64,000 nt of DNA from an uncultured Poribacteria bacterium. GTDB lineage: Bacteria > Poribacteria > WGA-4E > WGA-3G. A program made the position numbers and the translations under genes. Position 1 is the stretch's first letter, and every line of letters starts with the position of its first letter. The stretch covers positions 4,288,001-4,352,000 of the forward strand of contig OX638351.1 of the NCBI GenBank assembly GCA_951813565.1, written 5' to 3'. Under the pieces are notes generated by a model. It was not told the DNA's origin and made no database searches. It was given only the letters and a program-made list of their open reading frames with translations. Shown here piece by piece: positions 1 to 9,736 of the stretch.

Positions 1-1292
1 AAATCGGCAACTTCACCCTTGACCCGAATAAAGAAGATGTGCACATGAACGTTGAGTCTTACCTGATTGAGAATGCTGGACGTGAATTTGGAGGAAAACT
101 CCACACTGCTCGTTCTCGCAATGACCAGGTACTCGTAGATGCACACCTCTATATTCGGGATGAGATTCTGAATATCCAGCGTGGCATCTCTACGTTGTGC
201 GATGCGTTTTTAAGCATTGCCAAAGAACATGTTGCCACCGTCATGCCCGGCTATACACACACACAACATGCGCAACCGATCAGTCTCGGTTTCTGGGCTA
301 CCGCTCATGTTAGCATGTTCCTAAGAGACCAGAAGCGGCTGCAGGCTGCTTACGAACTCGCCAATATGAACCCGCTTGGTGCGTGTGCCTTAGCTGGCAC
401 GACCTTCCCAATTGACCGACATCTGACAACAGAACTGCTCGGTTTTGACACCCCACATGAACATGCACTTGATGTTATCAGCAGTCGAGATTTTATTGCA
501 GAAACCCTCTTCGCGTTGTCGCTTGTGATGGCGAATCTTTCTCGGATCAGCGAAGAAATTATCTATTGGACAACTTACGAATTTGGGATGGCAGTGCTTG
601 ACGATGCGTATAGTTCAGGAAGTTCTATCATGCCTCAGAAGAAGAATCCAGACATTGCCGAACTCACGCGGGGACGCACAGGACGCGTCTACGGGGCGTT
701 ATTAGACTTGTTGACGAACCTTAAAGGCTTACCGATGGGATATAACCGCGATTTTCAGGAGGATAAACCGCCACTTTGGGAGGCATTTGATGTTGTAAAG
801 GCTTGCCTCGGAATACTTCCCGGACTTCTCAAAACCACAGATTTTAAGACAGAACGGATGGCTGAATTGGTAAATGCTAACTTTGCTACAGCGACAGAGT
901 TAGCGAATTATCTCGTTAGAGAACATCAAGTCAGTTTTCGGGAATCCCATGAGATTGTAGGATGGCTTGTGGGAGAATTAGTGCGTCAAGAAAAGACGTT
1001 CACTGAGTGGGAGTTAACCCAAGCACTTTTGAAACAAAAAGATATTGACATACCGATTTTACAACTGAAACAGATACTGGATGCGGAATTGGCGCTTCAG
1101 AATAACCAAAGTCTTGGTGGCACATCACCTGCTGAAGTGAGTCGAATGATAGAGAGTTTTGAAGAACAATTGAATGCAATTGCAATGCATATCTATGCCT
1201 GTCAAACGCAAATTGAGGATGCACACCAAGAAACCAACCGAATAGTTGACGAAGTATTGGGTGATTCAAATGTTCCTACGCAAGGAGGATAA
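1..1292 (+). CDS. argH: Argininosuccinate lyase, 5' end outside the window
   Basis: Motifs EDVH, HTARSRNDQ, PGYTHTQHAQP, GSSIMPQKKNPD and YNRDFQEDK; the frame is open from the window edge. Confidence 0.97.
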   Translation, partial: IGNFTLDPNKEDVHMNVESYLIENAGREFGGKLHTARSRNDQVLVDAHLYIRDEILNIQRGISTLCDAFLSIAKEHVATVMPGYTHTQHAQPISLGFWATAHVSMFLRDQKRLQAAYELANMNPLGACALAGTTFPIDRHLTTELLGFDTPHEHALDVISSRDFIAETLFALSLVMANLSRISEEIIYWTTYEFGMAVLDDAYSSGSSIMPQKKNPDIAELTRGRTGRVYGALLDLLTNLKGLPMGYNRDFQEDKPPLWEAFDVVKACLGILPGLLKTTDFKTERMAELVNANFATATELANYLVREHQVSFRESHEIVGWLVGELVRQEKTFTEWELTQALLKQKDIDIPILQLKQILDAELALQNNQSLGGTSPAEVSRMIESFEEQLNAIAMHIYACQTQIEDAHQETNRIVDEVLGDSNVPTQGG

Positions 1293-1296
1293 AAGA

Positions 1297-2010
1297 TTGA
1301 GAAACAGATTAATTGTCGCATTAGATACCGACGACGGTGAAGATATTGATTGGCTATCTGGAACGCTTATAGAGTTAGTGCCGTGGGTTAAAATCGGTTT
1401 TCAAGCATTCAGTACCCTTGGAACTGAGTCTTTTCCCTGGCTCAGTGGAAGAGGTCATCTAATTTTTCTTGACCTGAAGTTTCATGATATACCGAATACG
1501 GTTGCACGAGATGTCGGCACGATGACAAAACACGGTGCACACATGATTAACATGCACGCCTCCGGTGGGCTTGAAATGATGCAAGCCGCAAGGTTCAGTG
1601 CTGATGATGCTGCGGACGATGCAGGAATTCCGAAGCCAATTCTTCTTGGCGTAACAATTTTGACGAGTATAGATGAGCCAGGGTTTAAGTCAAGCTTCGG
1701 TTCAGAACGGCAACTGACTGAACAAGTGGTTTTTCTTGCAAAGCAGTCTAAAGAAGCAGGTTTAGACGGTGTTGTCGCATCGCCTCTGGAAATTGAACCG
1801 ATACGGAAAGCATGCGGCGATAACTTTCTGATTGTCACACCGGGTATCCGTCCGAAATGGGCAGACCCAGGAGACCAACGCCGTATTACAACACCCGCGG
1901 AGGCGATTAACCGTGGCGCTGATTTTATCGTTGTCGGCAGACCGATTATTGAAGCGGAAGACCCGTTAGAGGCTGCCGGAAAAATTTTGGACGAAATGAG
2001 AGGCATGTAA
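1297..2010 (+). CDS. pyrF: Orotidine-5'-phosphate decarboxylase
   Basis: LIVALD, FLDLKFHDIPNT, VTPGIR and VVGRPI motifs. Start placed at TTG 1297 after GGAGGA; the ORF track starts at 1246. Confidence 0.95.
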   Translation: MRNRLIVALDTDDGEDIDWLSGTLIELVPWVKIGFQAFSTLGTESFPWLSGRGHLIFLDLKFHDIPNTVARDVGTMTKHGAHMINMHASGGLEMMQAARFSADDAADDAGIPKPILLGVTILTSIDEPGFKSSFGSERQLTEQVVFLAKQSKEAGLDGVVASPLEIEPIRKACGDNFLIVTPGIRPKWADPGDQRRITTPAEAINRGADFIVVGRPIIEAEDPLEAAGKILDEMRGM

Positions 2011-2014
2011 CATT

Positions 2015-3451
2015 ATGAACATTGTTTGTATCTGTTTAGACACGTTTCGAGCCGACATCATCGGCGAAGGCAAGAAATATAGCCACGTGCAAACGCCCAA
2101 CCTTGATGCGTTTGCATTGGAGAGTGTGCGTTTCACAAGGGCATTTGGAGAAGGACAACCGACGCTTCAGGTGCGCCGTGGCAACTTTACAGGAATGCGG
2201 AGTTTTCCGTGGAAATATAACTTTGATCGGCGTGGACACTGGCATCACGCACCCGGTTGGCATAAGATTCCACCAGAGCAAGATACCATCGCCGAAGTGC
2301 TTTTAGAGCGCGGTTATTTGACTGCTCTTATAGCAGACACGTACCACATGTTCAAACCGACAATGAATTTCTCACGCGGATTCGCCCATTTCGATTTTAT
2401 CCGTGGACAAGAATCGGACAATTGGCATAGTGGTGATCCGAGGTTGGTTGAGGGCATCCTCCGCAACCATGTCCGTGAACCGATCAATTGGCAACGCCAT
2501 GTAGGACTTGTGAACTATTTACTATCGCAACGGCATCGGAAATCGGACGATGACTATAGTTGTGCACGCGTTTTCCGTGCAGCAGCTGATTGGCTTCAAG
2601 ATAATCACACCGTCGGCCCATTCTTCTTATGGGTAGATAGTTTCGACCCGCATGAACCTTGGGATCCCCCAAAATCCTACGCAGATATCTATCTTCCTGA
2701 CTATTCTGGCAAGGATTTTATCACACCCGGTAGTGCAAACGAAGGTGGAGGACCTACTGCGGAGGAACGTGACCGAATTGAGGCACTCTACCTTGGCGAA
2801 GTGACGTTCGTTGATAAATGGGTTGGTGTATTATTGGATAAAATTGAGCAGCTAAATATCCGTGATGAGACGCTTATTGTGGTGATGTCTGACCATGGCA
2901 CGCAGCTTCGCGACCACGGAAGTTTCGGCAAGGGTGCAAACAAGTTGCATCCATTCAATACGCAACTAAACTTGATGATTCGGCATCCAGAAGGACCTCA
3001 TGACAAAGATATTTCAGCGTTTGTGCAGAACCATGATCTAATGCCGACACTACTAAATCTTGTTGGTATTCCGTGCAGTTGGACGGATGGTGAAGATATG
3101 TGGCAACTCGTTACACAAGAAAAAGCGTCCCTCCGCGAACGAATTATCAATGGGTGGGCAGGTTTTGCAACGGGCAATGCTGTGGGACGCGTTAGTGTGC
3201 GCGACAACCGTTGGAACTTCTGCACTTCGGTCGGTTATAAAGACGAAAAAGGTGATCAACTTTTTGATGTTAGGAATGATCCGGAAGAAAAAGAGAATGT
3301 TGCGAGTGATCATCCTGAAGTTGTAGCAGATCGAAGGCGAGATGTAGAGGCGTTGATAGGGCAAACGTTGCCCGGACATTTCATTGAGGTGTGCGATCCT
3401 GGGCATGCACCAATGCGGGTGTGGCTGCAGAATAAGTTGGCAGAGATGTAA
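2015..3451 (+). CDS. Sulfatase-like hydrolase (alkaline phosphatase superfamily)
   Basis: N-terminal LDTFRAD, DPHEPWDPP, SDHG and DPEEKENV motifs; atypical nucleophile motif PTLQVRR. Confidence 0.88.
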   Translation: MNIVCICLDTFRADIIGEGKKYSHVQTPNLDAFALESVRFTRAFGEGQPTLQVRRGNFTGMRSFPWKYNFDRRGHWHHAPGWHKIPPEQDTIAEVLLERGYLTALIADTYHMFKPTMNFSRGFAHFDFIRGQESDNWHSGDPRLVEGILRNHVREPINWQRHVGLVNYLLSQRHRKSDDDYSCARVFRAAADWLQDNHTVGPFFLWVDSFDPHEPWDPPKSYADIYLPDYSGKDFITPGSANEGGGPTAEERDRIEALYLGEVTFVDKWVGVLLDKIEQLNIRDETLIVVMSDHGTQLRDHGSFGKGANKLHPFNTQLNLMIRHPEGPHDKDISAFVQNHDLMPTLLNLVGIPCSWTDGEDMWQLVTQEKASLRERIINGWAGFATGNAVGRVSVRDNRWNFCTSVGYKDEKGDQLFDVRNDPEEKENVASDHPEVVADRRRDVEALIGQTLPGHFIEVCDPGHAPMRVWLQNKLAEM

Positions 3452-3462
3452 TAAAATTTATT

Positions 3463-3670
3463 GTAGCGCAGGGTCTCTATACCCTGCGATTACCAATTTG
3501 ACCAAAGACTCAACATTCTAAAAATGTATTGGTATTTATAGTAAATTTTACAATTAACTTTACATGTCATTCAGCGCGCTTACAAAGCACCAACCCAATG
3601 CTGAACGTGTGGACGGCACGCGGAGCGTGCCTGCTACCATGTGTAAATATATTTTTATATTGCACTATAA
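3463..3670. repeat. GTAG-type REP hairpins and a short TATAGT...ACTATA inverted-repeat element
   Basis: GTAGCGCAGGGT...ACCCTGCG at 3463-3488; GACGGCACGC GGA GCGTGCCTGCTAC at 3612-3637; degenerate terminal inverted repeats at 3536 and 3670. Confidence 0.7.
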
Positions 3671-3672
3671 TT

Positions 3673-5640
3673 TTATCTGCTTAGAGGTTTTTCTAAATCC
3701 CAGATCAGAATTGATCCGTCATAACTTCCACTGACGAGGGATTTGCCATCCCGTGAAAACTCAAATTTTGTTGGCAGTCCCGCATCACCTGTACGGAATT
3801 CGTGGCGAAGTGTTCTTGTGTCTACATCCCAAAGACGAATTAAACCTCCATGGTATCCGCTTACAACTGTTTTACCATCAGGTGAAAACTGCAGAACTTG
3901 AGGGCTGCCCCTTGCTTGAATAAAATCACCAATGTATTGATGCGTATCTGTATCCCAAATCAGCAATGTGCCATCCGATTGACCAGTAATGAGTATACTG
4001 CTATCCGGTGAAAATGCAAAAGTCGTGACGGCGCCATTAGAATCCAAAGTCAGTGGAGTTTTCTGCTGTTTGTCAAGGTCCCATAGGTATGCTATACCAT
4101 CTTTGCTTCCACTCGCAAATTTTTTGCCATCCGGTGAAAATGCGACATCATTGACGTTTTCAGTATGTCCATCAAGTTCAGTGAATAATCGACGGTTCGG
4201 AACATCCCATAATCTGACTTTGCCTTTCCAGTGGCCGCTTGCGACAATTTTATCATCAGGCGAGAATGCCAATGCTGTAACAAAATTGCCGTCTTTTTTC
4301 ATGGGTTCGTAGAAACGCTGCTTTTCCATATCCCATATCCTAACTTCACCCCAACATCCTGTCGCAGCAATCTTCCCATCGTTGGAGAATGCTGCTGCAA
4401 AGGCAAGCCAAGGTTGTTTTGTATGTCTAAGCTGTTCTGTATTCGTCTCTAAATTCCATACTCTTATTACACCGTCAAATGAACCAGAATACAACATTTT
4501 TCCATCAAAGAACTTTAATGCCTTTACTGAACCTGTATGCCCTTGTATCGTCAGTATTTCTTCTCCGGTTGTAACATCCCACACCTTTGCTGTTCCATCT
4601 TGGCTTCCGCTTGCAAGTCTTTTACTATCTGCTGTCCAGTCTAACCCTTTAACAGGAAGCGTATGTCCCATTAGAGTACGGTCCACCTGTTTATTATCTA
4701 TTTCCTTCTTTTTATCACCTGTAAGAGAACGTAAGACACTTGGTAACGTAGGTTTCTTGTCACCGTTATCTGTTTCTTGGCTGGAAAGATCAAAATCCCA
4801 TAAGATGATTTTGCCTCCTGTATCCCCACTGGCGAAAGTTTTGCCATCGGGTGAAAAAGTGATGGCTTCAACATTTCGTGTATGTCCTTTGTATTCAGAT
4901 AATTCATCTCCTGTTTCAACATCCCAAGAGAAAAGTTTTGTTTGTCCGCCGACAAGTGTTTTGCTATCTGATGAGAAAGCCAAAGTCCAGGCGCGACTAT
5001 TATTCAAAGTATGTTGGAGTTCTCCAGTGGACGCATCCCATAAAAATACTGTGTCTCTGCCAGCACTTGCAACCGAGTGTGCGTCTGGTGAAAGTGCTAA
5101 TCCGTTAAAAAGAGACTCTTGTGGCCCAATGAAGTGGAACATCTCGCGTCCCGTAGCAACTTCCCACATGTGATATTCAACACTGCGGTACCAACTGGCG
5201 CAAGCAAGCATCGTGCCATCCGGTGAAAAAACTAATACTTTTACTCTGCCTACATCTTGTTTTAAGACAGAAACACGTTCACCAGTGGTTGTATCCCACA
5301 GTTCAACAGCACCCCCGAGGACCCAATTCCCCAGTGCAAGTGTTTTGTTATCTGGCGCGAAGGCAATAGTATTTGCAGTCTGTACCCCGCGTGGTTGTAC
5401 TTTTAAAAGTGTAATTTCTGCACCGGTGTGCGCATCATAGATCCAAACTCCAATGTCAGATGCAACTGCCAAACGGGAACCATTCGGTGAAAATTTTACA
5501 TCATTTATTTTTCCTTTTCCAAGCCGCACCATTGCCCCTTGCGGTAAGTGCCATTGTGTATAATCCTGAGTTAATCCTATTGATAGAAATGTACTCGTAG
5601 TTAGTAGCAGTAGAATGTTGAGAAATACAATTTTTTTCAT
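3673..5640 (-). CDS. Secreted WD40-repeat beta-propeller protein
   Basis: Signal peptide followed by many GH...FSPDG...WD repeats. Confidence 0.93.
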   Translation of the reverse strand: MKKIVFLNILLLLTTSTFLSIGLTQDYTQWHLPQGAMVRLGKGKINDVKFSPNGSRLAVASDIGVWIYDAHTGAEITLLKVQPRGVQTANTIAFAPDNKTLALGNWVLGGAVELWDTTTGERVSVLKQDVGRVKVLVFSPDGTMLACASWYRSVEYHMWEVATGREMFHFIGPQESLFNGLALSPDAHSVASAGRDTVFLWDASTGELQHTLNNSRAWTLAFSSDSKTLVGGQTKLFSWDVETGDELSEYKGHTRNVEAITFSPDGKTFASGDTGGKIILWDFDLSSQETDNGDKKPTLPSVLRSLTGDKKKEIDNKQVDRTLMGHTLPVKGLDWTADSKRLASGSQDGTAKVWDVTTGEEILTIQGHTGSVKALKFFDGKMLYSGSFDGVIRVWNLETNTEQLRHTKQPWLAFAAAFSNDGKIAATGCWGEVRIWDMEKQRFYEPMKKDGNFVTALAFSPDDKIVASGHWKGKVRLWDVPNRRLFTELDGHTENVNDVAFSPDGKKFASGSKDGIAYLWDLDKQQKTPLTLDSNGAVTTFAFSPDSSILITGQSDGTLLIWDTDTHQYIGDFIQARGSPQVLQFSPDGKTVVSGYHGGLIRLWDVDTRTLRHEFRTGDAGLPTKFEFSRDGKSLVSGSYDGSILIWDLEKPLSR

Positions 5641-5861
5641 TTTCTGGCTCCTAATAGGGATCTATTTTAGAGATATAGATTATTATGTTACTTAATTTAC
5701 CACGCTGTTTCTCTGAAAACAAGATGTATTTACATATTATATCGTATCTTTTTTCGTGTAAACATGTTGGAAGAAGAGAGGCAACCAAAAACTGCTTGCA
5801 ATATATCCGATCAAATTGTAAAATACGCACAAGTTTTACGAACTTTCAGGAGAATCTCTAA

Positions 5862-6812
5862 ATGCTAAAAGCAGGATTTATTGGTGCTGGAGGACGCAGC
5901 CAAGGTGCACATTATCCGAGTGTCAACCGTCTTGAAGAAGATGTTGAAATGTCCGCAGCGTGCGAACTTGACGAAGGCAAACTCGCGCAGGTCGCGCAAA
6001 AATATGAGTTTCCGCATACGTTCACAGACCATCATAAGATGTTGGATACAATGGATTTAGACGTTGTTTATTGTGTGATGAACGAGAAATGGATTTTGCA
6101 ACCAGCGTTAGACTGTCTGAATGCGGGAAAACATATATTTATTGAAAAACCGCCGGGCGCAACGAGCGATGAGACACAACAATTATTGGAAGCAGCCGTC
6201 GCCAACGATGTCTACTGTATGGTCGGCTTTCAACGGAGATTTGCCGCTGTCACACGCGAAGCGATGCGCCGTGTCGCAGAAAAAGGCCCCGTCTCATTAG
6301 CAGTCACAACATTTAACAAGCAGATGATCGGTGGTAATAGAGAATTTACCACAACGCTTTGGAATGATGTCTGTCACGTTGTTGATTTGCTCCGTTATAT
6401 GGCAGGTGGTGAACCAGTTGAAGTTACAGCACATCGCGACATTTTTGGTGCTGAACAACGCAATTTTTACACCGCTTATGTCCGTTTTGATAATAATGTC
6501 ACAGGTGTTGTTTTCGGTAATCGTGCATCAGGTGGACGTGTGCTGCGCTCTGAGTTGCATGGTGTCGGTATCGGATGTTACATGAAAATCCCCGAAGAAA
6601 TCGAAATTTATGAGAACAACAACAGGCATGTAATGGGAGGTTGGGAAGTTGATGGTGTTGACCAGCGCGATTCGCCAAGTTACGAAGGTGTGCTTACAAT
6701 GCACCAACACTTCGTTGACTGCGTCCAGAACAAAAAAGTTCCGCTTACCGATCTCCGTGATGTCATTCATTCTATTCACCTTGTTGACCAAATAGAGGGT
6801 CCCTTACCTTAG
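5862..6812 (+). CDS. Gfo/Idh/MocA family oxidoreductase
   Basis: GFIGAGG Rossmann motif, EKPP, GFQRRF. Confidence 0.92.
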   Translation: MLKAGFIGAGGRSQGAHYPSVNRLEEDVEMSAACELDEGKLAQVAQKYEFPHTFTDHHKMLDTMDLDVVYCVMNEKWILQPALDCLNAGKHIFIEKPPGATSDETQQLLEAAVANDVYCMVGFQRRFAAVTREAMRRVAEKGPVSLAVTTFNKQMIGGNREFTTTLWNDVCHVVDLLRYMAGGEPVEVTAHRDIFGAEQRNFYTAYVRFDNNVTGVVFGNRASGGRVLRSELHGVGIGCYMKIPEEIEIYENNNRHVMGGWEVDGVDQRDSPSYEGVLTMHQHFVDCVQNKKVPLTDLRDVIHSIHLVDQIEGPLP

Positions 6813-6836
6813 AAGAAAATTAGGAGGACTAAAAAG

Positions 6837-7700
6837 ATGCTTGATGAACGCCATCTCCAGCATCAAATCACTGACGAACAGCTCTGTGCGTTAAATGCAG
6901 ACGGATATTTCACCGTTGAAGACGCACTACCTTTGGAACTTGTTGTCCAGTTAGAGCAACGAGTTGACGCTATCTATAAAACACATTTAGATGCTGAATA
7001 TGACCCATACACCAAAAAACGGATGACACCACACGACAACTTTTTCTATCCGAATTTTCTTGGTAAAGACCAAATCTTTGTCAATGTTTTGGATTGGTAT
7101 AAAACCTTTCCAAAAGTATGGGGTATTTTGGGATGGAATATCTACTCTTACCATAGTCATTTTATTATTACACCGCCACGACCCGAATCTTTACGCGGTA
7201 AAACGTCACCACTCGGTTGGCATCAAGATAGTGGTCGTGTTAACATTGAGATAGAGAGTTCGCCTCGCCCACGTCTATCAATCAAAGTTGTCTATTGGCT
7301 TTCAGATTGCTCAGAGTCGGGACGCGGAAATTTTTATGTTATTCCAGGAAGCCATCTGTGGGATACATTTGAACGACCACAAGACGGTTCGGTCCCTGAA
7401 GGTGCTACTGCCGTTTGTTGTAAACCGGGTGACGCTGTCTTTTTTGATAGACGTATATGGCATGCGCGTAGTCAAAATGATTCGAACATCACACGGAAAG
7501 GGCTTTTTTACGGATACGGATACCGATGGTTACGCAGTAAAGACGATATGACGATCCCTTCAGGCTTATTTGAACAAAACGATCCGATCCGACAACAACT
7601 TCTTGGAGGCGGCACCAATGCCAATGGACATTTTTCTCCAAAGGATGTGGATGTGCCTTTGAAGGTCTGGCTTGAAGAGAAAGGTGTTATCTCAATATAA
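6837..7700 (+). CDS. Phytanoyl-CoA dioxygenase (PhyH) family Fe(II)/2-oxoglutarate dioxygenase
   Basis: WHQD, VIPGSH and GDAVFFDRRIWH motifs give the HxD...H triad. Confidence 0.92.
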   Translation: MLDERHLQHQITDEQLCALNADGYFTVEDALPLELVVQLEQRVDAIYKTHLDAEYDPYTKKRMTPHDNFFYPNFLGKDQIFVNVLDWYKTFPKVWGILGWNIYSYHSHFIITPPRPESLRGKTSPLGWHQDSGRVNIEIESSPRPRLSIKVVYWLSDCSESGRGNFYVIPGSHLWDTFERPQDGSVPEGATAVCCKPGDAVFFDRRIWHARSQNDSNITRKGLFYGYGYRWLRSKDDMTIPSGLFEQNDPIRQQLLGGGTNANGHFSPKDVDVPLKVWLEEKGVISI

Positions 7701-7704
7701 CACC

Positions 7705-7733
7705 TTGACATTATATCAAGTCTGTGGTATGCT
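7705..7733 (+). promoter_or_regulatory. Sigma70-like promoter
   Basis: TTGACA-17 nt-TATGCT with a TG extension; overlaps a perfect 10-bp inverted repeat at 7681-7706. Confidence 0.5.
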
Positions 7734-7746
7734 TTAATCGCATCGT

Positions 7747-8652
7747 GGGCGCAAGGGGGCTACCACTCCCTGCCTACGGTGTTTCCACCTCTTGTAGGAG
7801 GGGTTTTAAACCCCGATAAACGCTTGGAGTTCGTAGTCGTGCAATTCATGGCACCTCTTACATTTCTTGTAGGAGCGCTTTGTAAGCGCGATGCATAGTA
7901 GCCAGCGCGCTCCGCGTGCTGGCCGTCGCGCCTTTTGTGGAAGCACTTTAGTAAGAAGCGCGCGATATATTGTTGCTGAAAACGGTTCACACATCAGTAT
8001 AAATTCGTTTTCAATAATACAGAGTGATAAAGTTTGTAGGTTGGGTTGGGTAGAGTTTGCGAAACCCATAAATCAACGCTATGAATGCCTTTATGGCATT
8101 CAGCCAAATCAACGCAGCATGCGCGTATGGCATGCTGCGGGCGTCAATTTAAGGATTTATTTCAGGTTTCACACATTTTAACCCAAACAACACCGGAACC
8201 CAATTGTAGGGGCGGGTCTCCGGTGAATGCCAAAAGGCATTCATACCCGGTGAATGACTAAAGACGAATGCGCTTGGTAGAATACGCTTTTGGTATTCTA
8301 CATGATTCGCCATGGTTCATACCGTTGATTTCTTGATTTGGTGCCCGCCAGTTGTTTGAATACATCAGCAATGGCGGGGCACAGAGACCCCACCAAATGC
8401 CAAAAAGCGCATTTGGCGTTGATTTGGCCCTACAAGGTGTGCCAGGATTTATCCCCTAAATTGACACCTATGGGGGTAGAGTTTGCGAAACCCAACCTAC
8501 TTATAACTAATGTAAGAGGCGCAATGAATTGCGCGACTACAAACGCTGATATTCTTAAAATCCGCGAAATCTGTGTAATCCGTATCATCTGTGATTCAGA
8601 CAACAAAATCCAACACAAAGAGGTTGACGGCACACGGAGTGTGCCTACTACT
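7747..8652. repeat. Mosaic of GTAG-type REP palindromes, a MITE-like element (about 8139-8469) and CAAATCAAC micro-insertions
   Basis: Several GTAG-hairpin units; inverted termini GGGCGTCAATTTA / TAAATTGACACC; CAAATCAAC units at 8070, 8105, 8221-8340 and 8392-8426. Confidence 0.85.
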
Positions 8653-8719
8653 TTTAATCGCACATCTAAATCGGTTATTTATAAACTACCGTATTAAAAC
8701 CAATTATTGAGGTATAAAA

Positions 8720-9736
8720 ATGTTTCAAAACCTATCGATTCAATCTATTGGGGTTGCACTGTTAATAGCAGCGCTTATGATTCCATTAGCTTTAGCGGAG
8801 AATGAAGTGGAAAAACCGAAAGAACTTAAAGTGGGCATGATAGCCCCAGATTTTACGTTGAAAGATGAAACCGGGACCGAACGTAGTCTCAGTGAATTCT
8901 TAGGAAAGAAAAGCGTTGTCCTCGCCTTTTATCCGAAAGACTTTACCGGTGGCTGAACAGCCGAACTCCAGTCGCTCCGGGATAAATTGAGCGACATAAA
9001 AGAAACCGAAACTGTCTTGTTCGGTGTCAGTGTAGACAACGTTGAGTCGCATAAAAAATTTAAAGAACAAGAAAAGTTCGGATTTTCATTGTTGGCGGAT
9101 ACTGAATTTGAGGTAAGCAAGCAGTACAGCGGGGTTATGGAAAGGTTTAACGCTTCAAAACGGACGACTTTCATTATTGATAAGGCAGGATATATCCGTG
9201 CAATTGATAAAAAAGTCAAAGTGCAGACGCATGGTGAAGATGTTGTAAAACTGCTTAAGAAAGCACTGCCAAAAATAGAAGTTGGGCAGCCTGCTCCCGA
9301 TTTTATCGCCAGGGATGGCGCAGGAAAAACACACCAACTCAGCAAGTTACAGGACAAAAAGAACGTGGTTTTAGCGTTTTATCCGCGTGATTTTGGGCGT
9401 GGCTGAACGGCTGAAGTTTGCTCGCTCCGTGATGAGTCGAGTAGTTTTGCTGAACAGGATGTCCAGGTCTTTGGGATTACTATCAATGATGCTGAGTCAC
9501 ATCAGAAATTTTCGAAAGAAAATGAACTGAATTTTCCACTGCTGATGGATACAGAAAAGAATCTTGCCTTACTCTTTGGTGCTGCTGCAGAAAAATCCGA
9601 CAAACGTTTCAAGCGCTTGACGGTAATCATTGACAAAGCAGGAAAAATCGTGAAAATTGACAAAGAGGTCAATCCAAGCACACACGGGTCAGATTTAGTG
9701 GATTTCTTCAAAACCGTTGATGCGTCAAAAGAATAA
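8720..9736 (+). CDS. Exported tandem two-domain peroxiredoxin (AhpC/BCP-PrxQ type) selenoprotein, 338 aa, Sec at codons 79 and 229
   Basis: ORFs 8720-8956, 8987-9406 and 9545-9736 share one frame and are separated only by TGA at 8954-8956 and 9404-9406. Read-through gives FYPKDFTGG-U-TAELQ and FYPRDFGRG-U-TAEVC, the peroxidatic Cys position. Confidence 0.93.
8971..8995 (+). promoter_or_regulatory. Candidate bacterial SECIS hairpin 1
   Basis: GTCGCTC-cgggataaatt-GAGCGAC, a perfect 7-bp stem starting 14 nt after the UGA. Confidence 0.7.
9419..9443 (+). promoter_or_regulatory. Candidate bacterial SECIS hairpin 2
   Basis: TGCTCGCTC-cgtgat-GAG(T)CGAGTA, a bulged stem; shares TCGCTCCGnGAT with hairpin 1 at the same distance from the UGA. 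Confidence 0.65.

Noticed and set aside
1482..5440. Long antisense ORFs (1482-2006, 4382-5173) and similar shadows elsewhere
   Set aside because: They lie opposite well-supported genes and have no recognisable motifs.
7747..8652. Possible CRISPR array in the repeat-rich spacers
   Set aside because: Repeats are dispersed, nested and of mixed types, with no regular repeat-spacer period and no cas genes.
7760..8697. Short ORFs in the ORF track across the repeat mosaic (also 21007-21241, 34632-34832 and 51445-51705)
   Set aside because: They translate palindromic repeats or AT-rich spacer, with no RBS or protein-like features.
8720..9736. Peroxiredoxin pseudogene, or a genetic code with UGA reassigned
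   Set aside because: Both UGAs fall exactly on the catalytic position and have downstream hairpins. Other genes such as ruvB end at TGA, so UGA is not globally reassigned.
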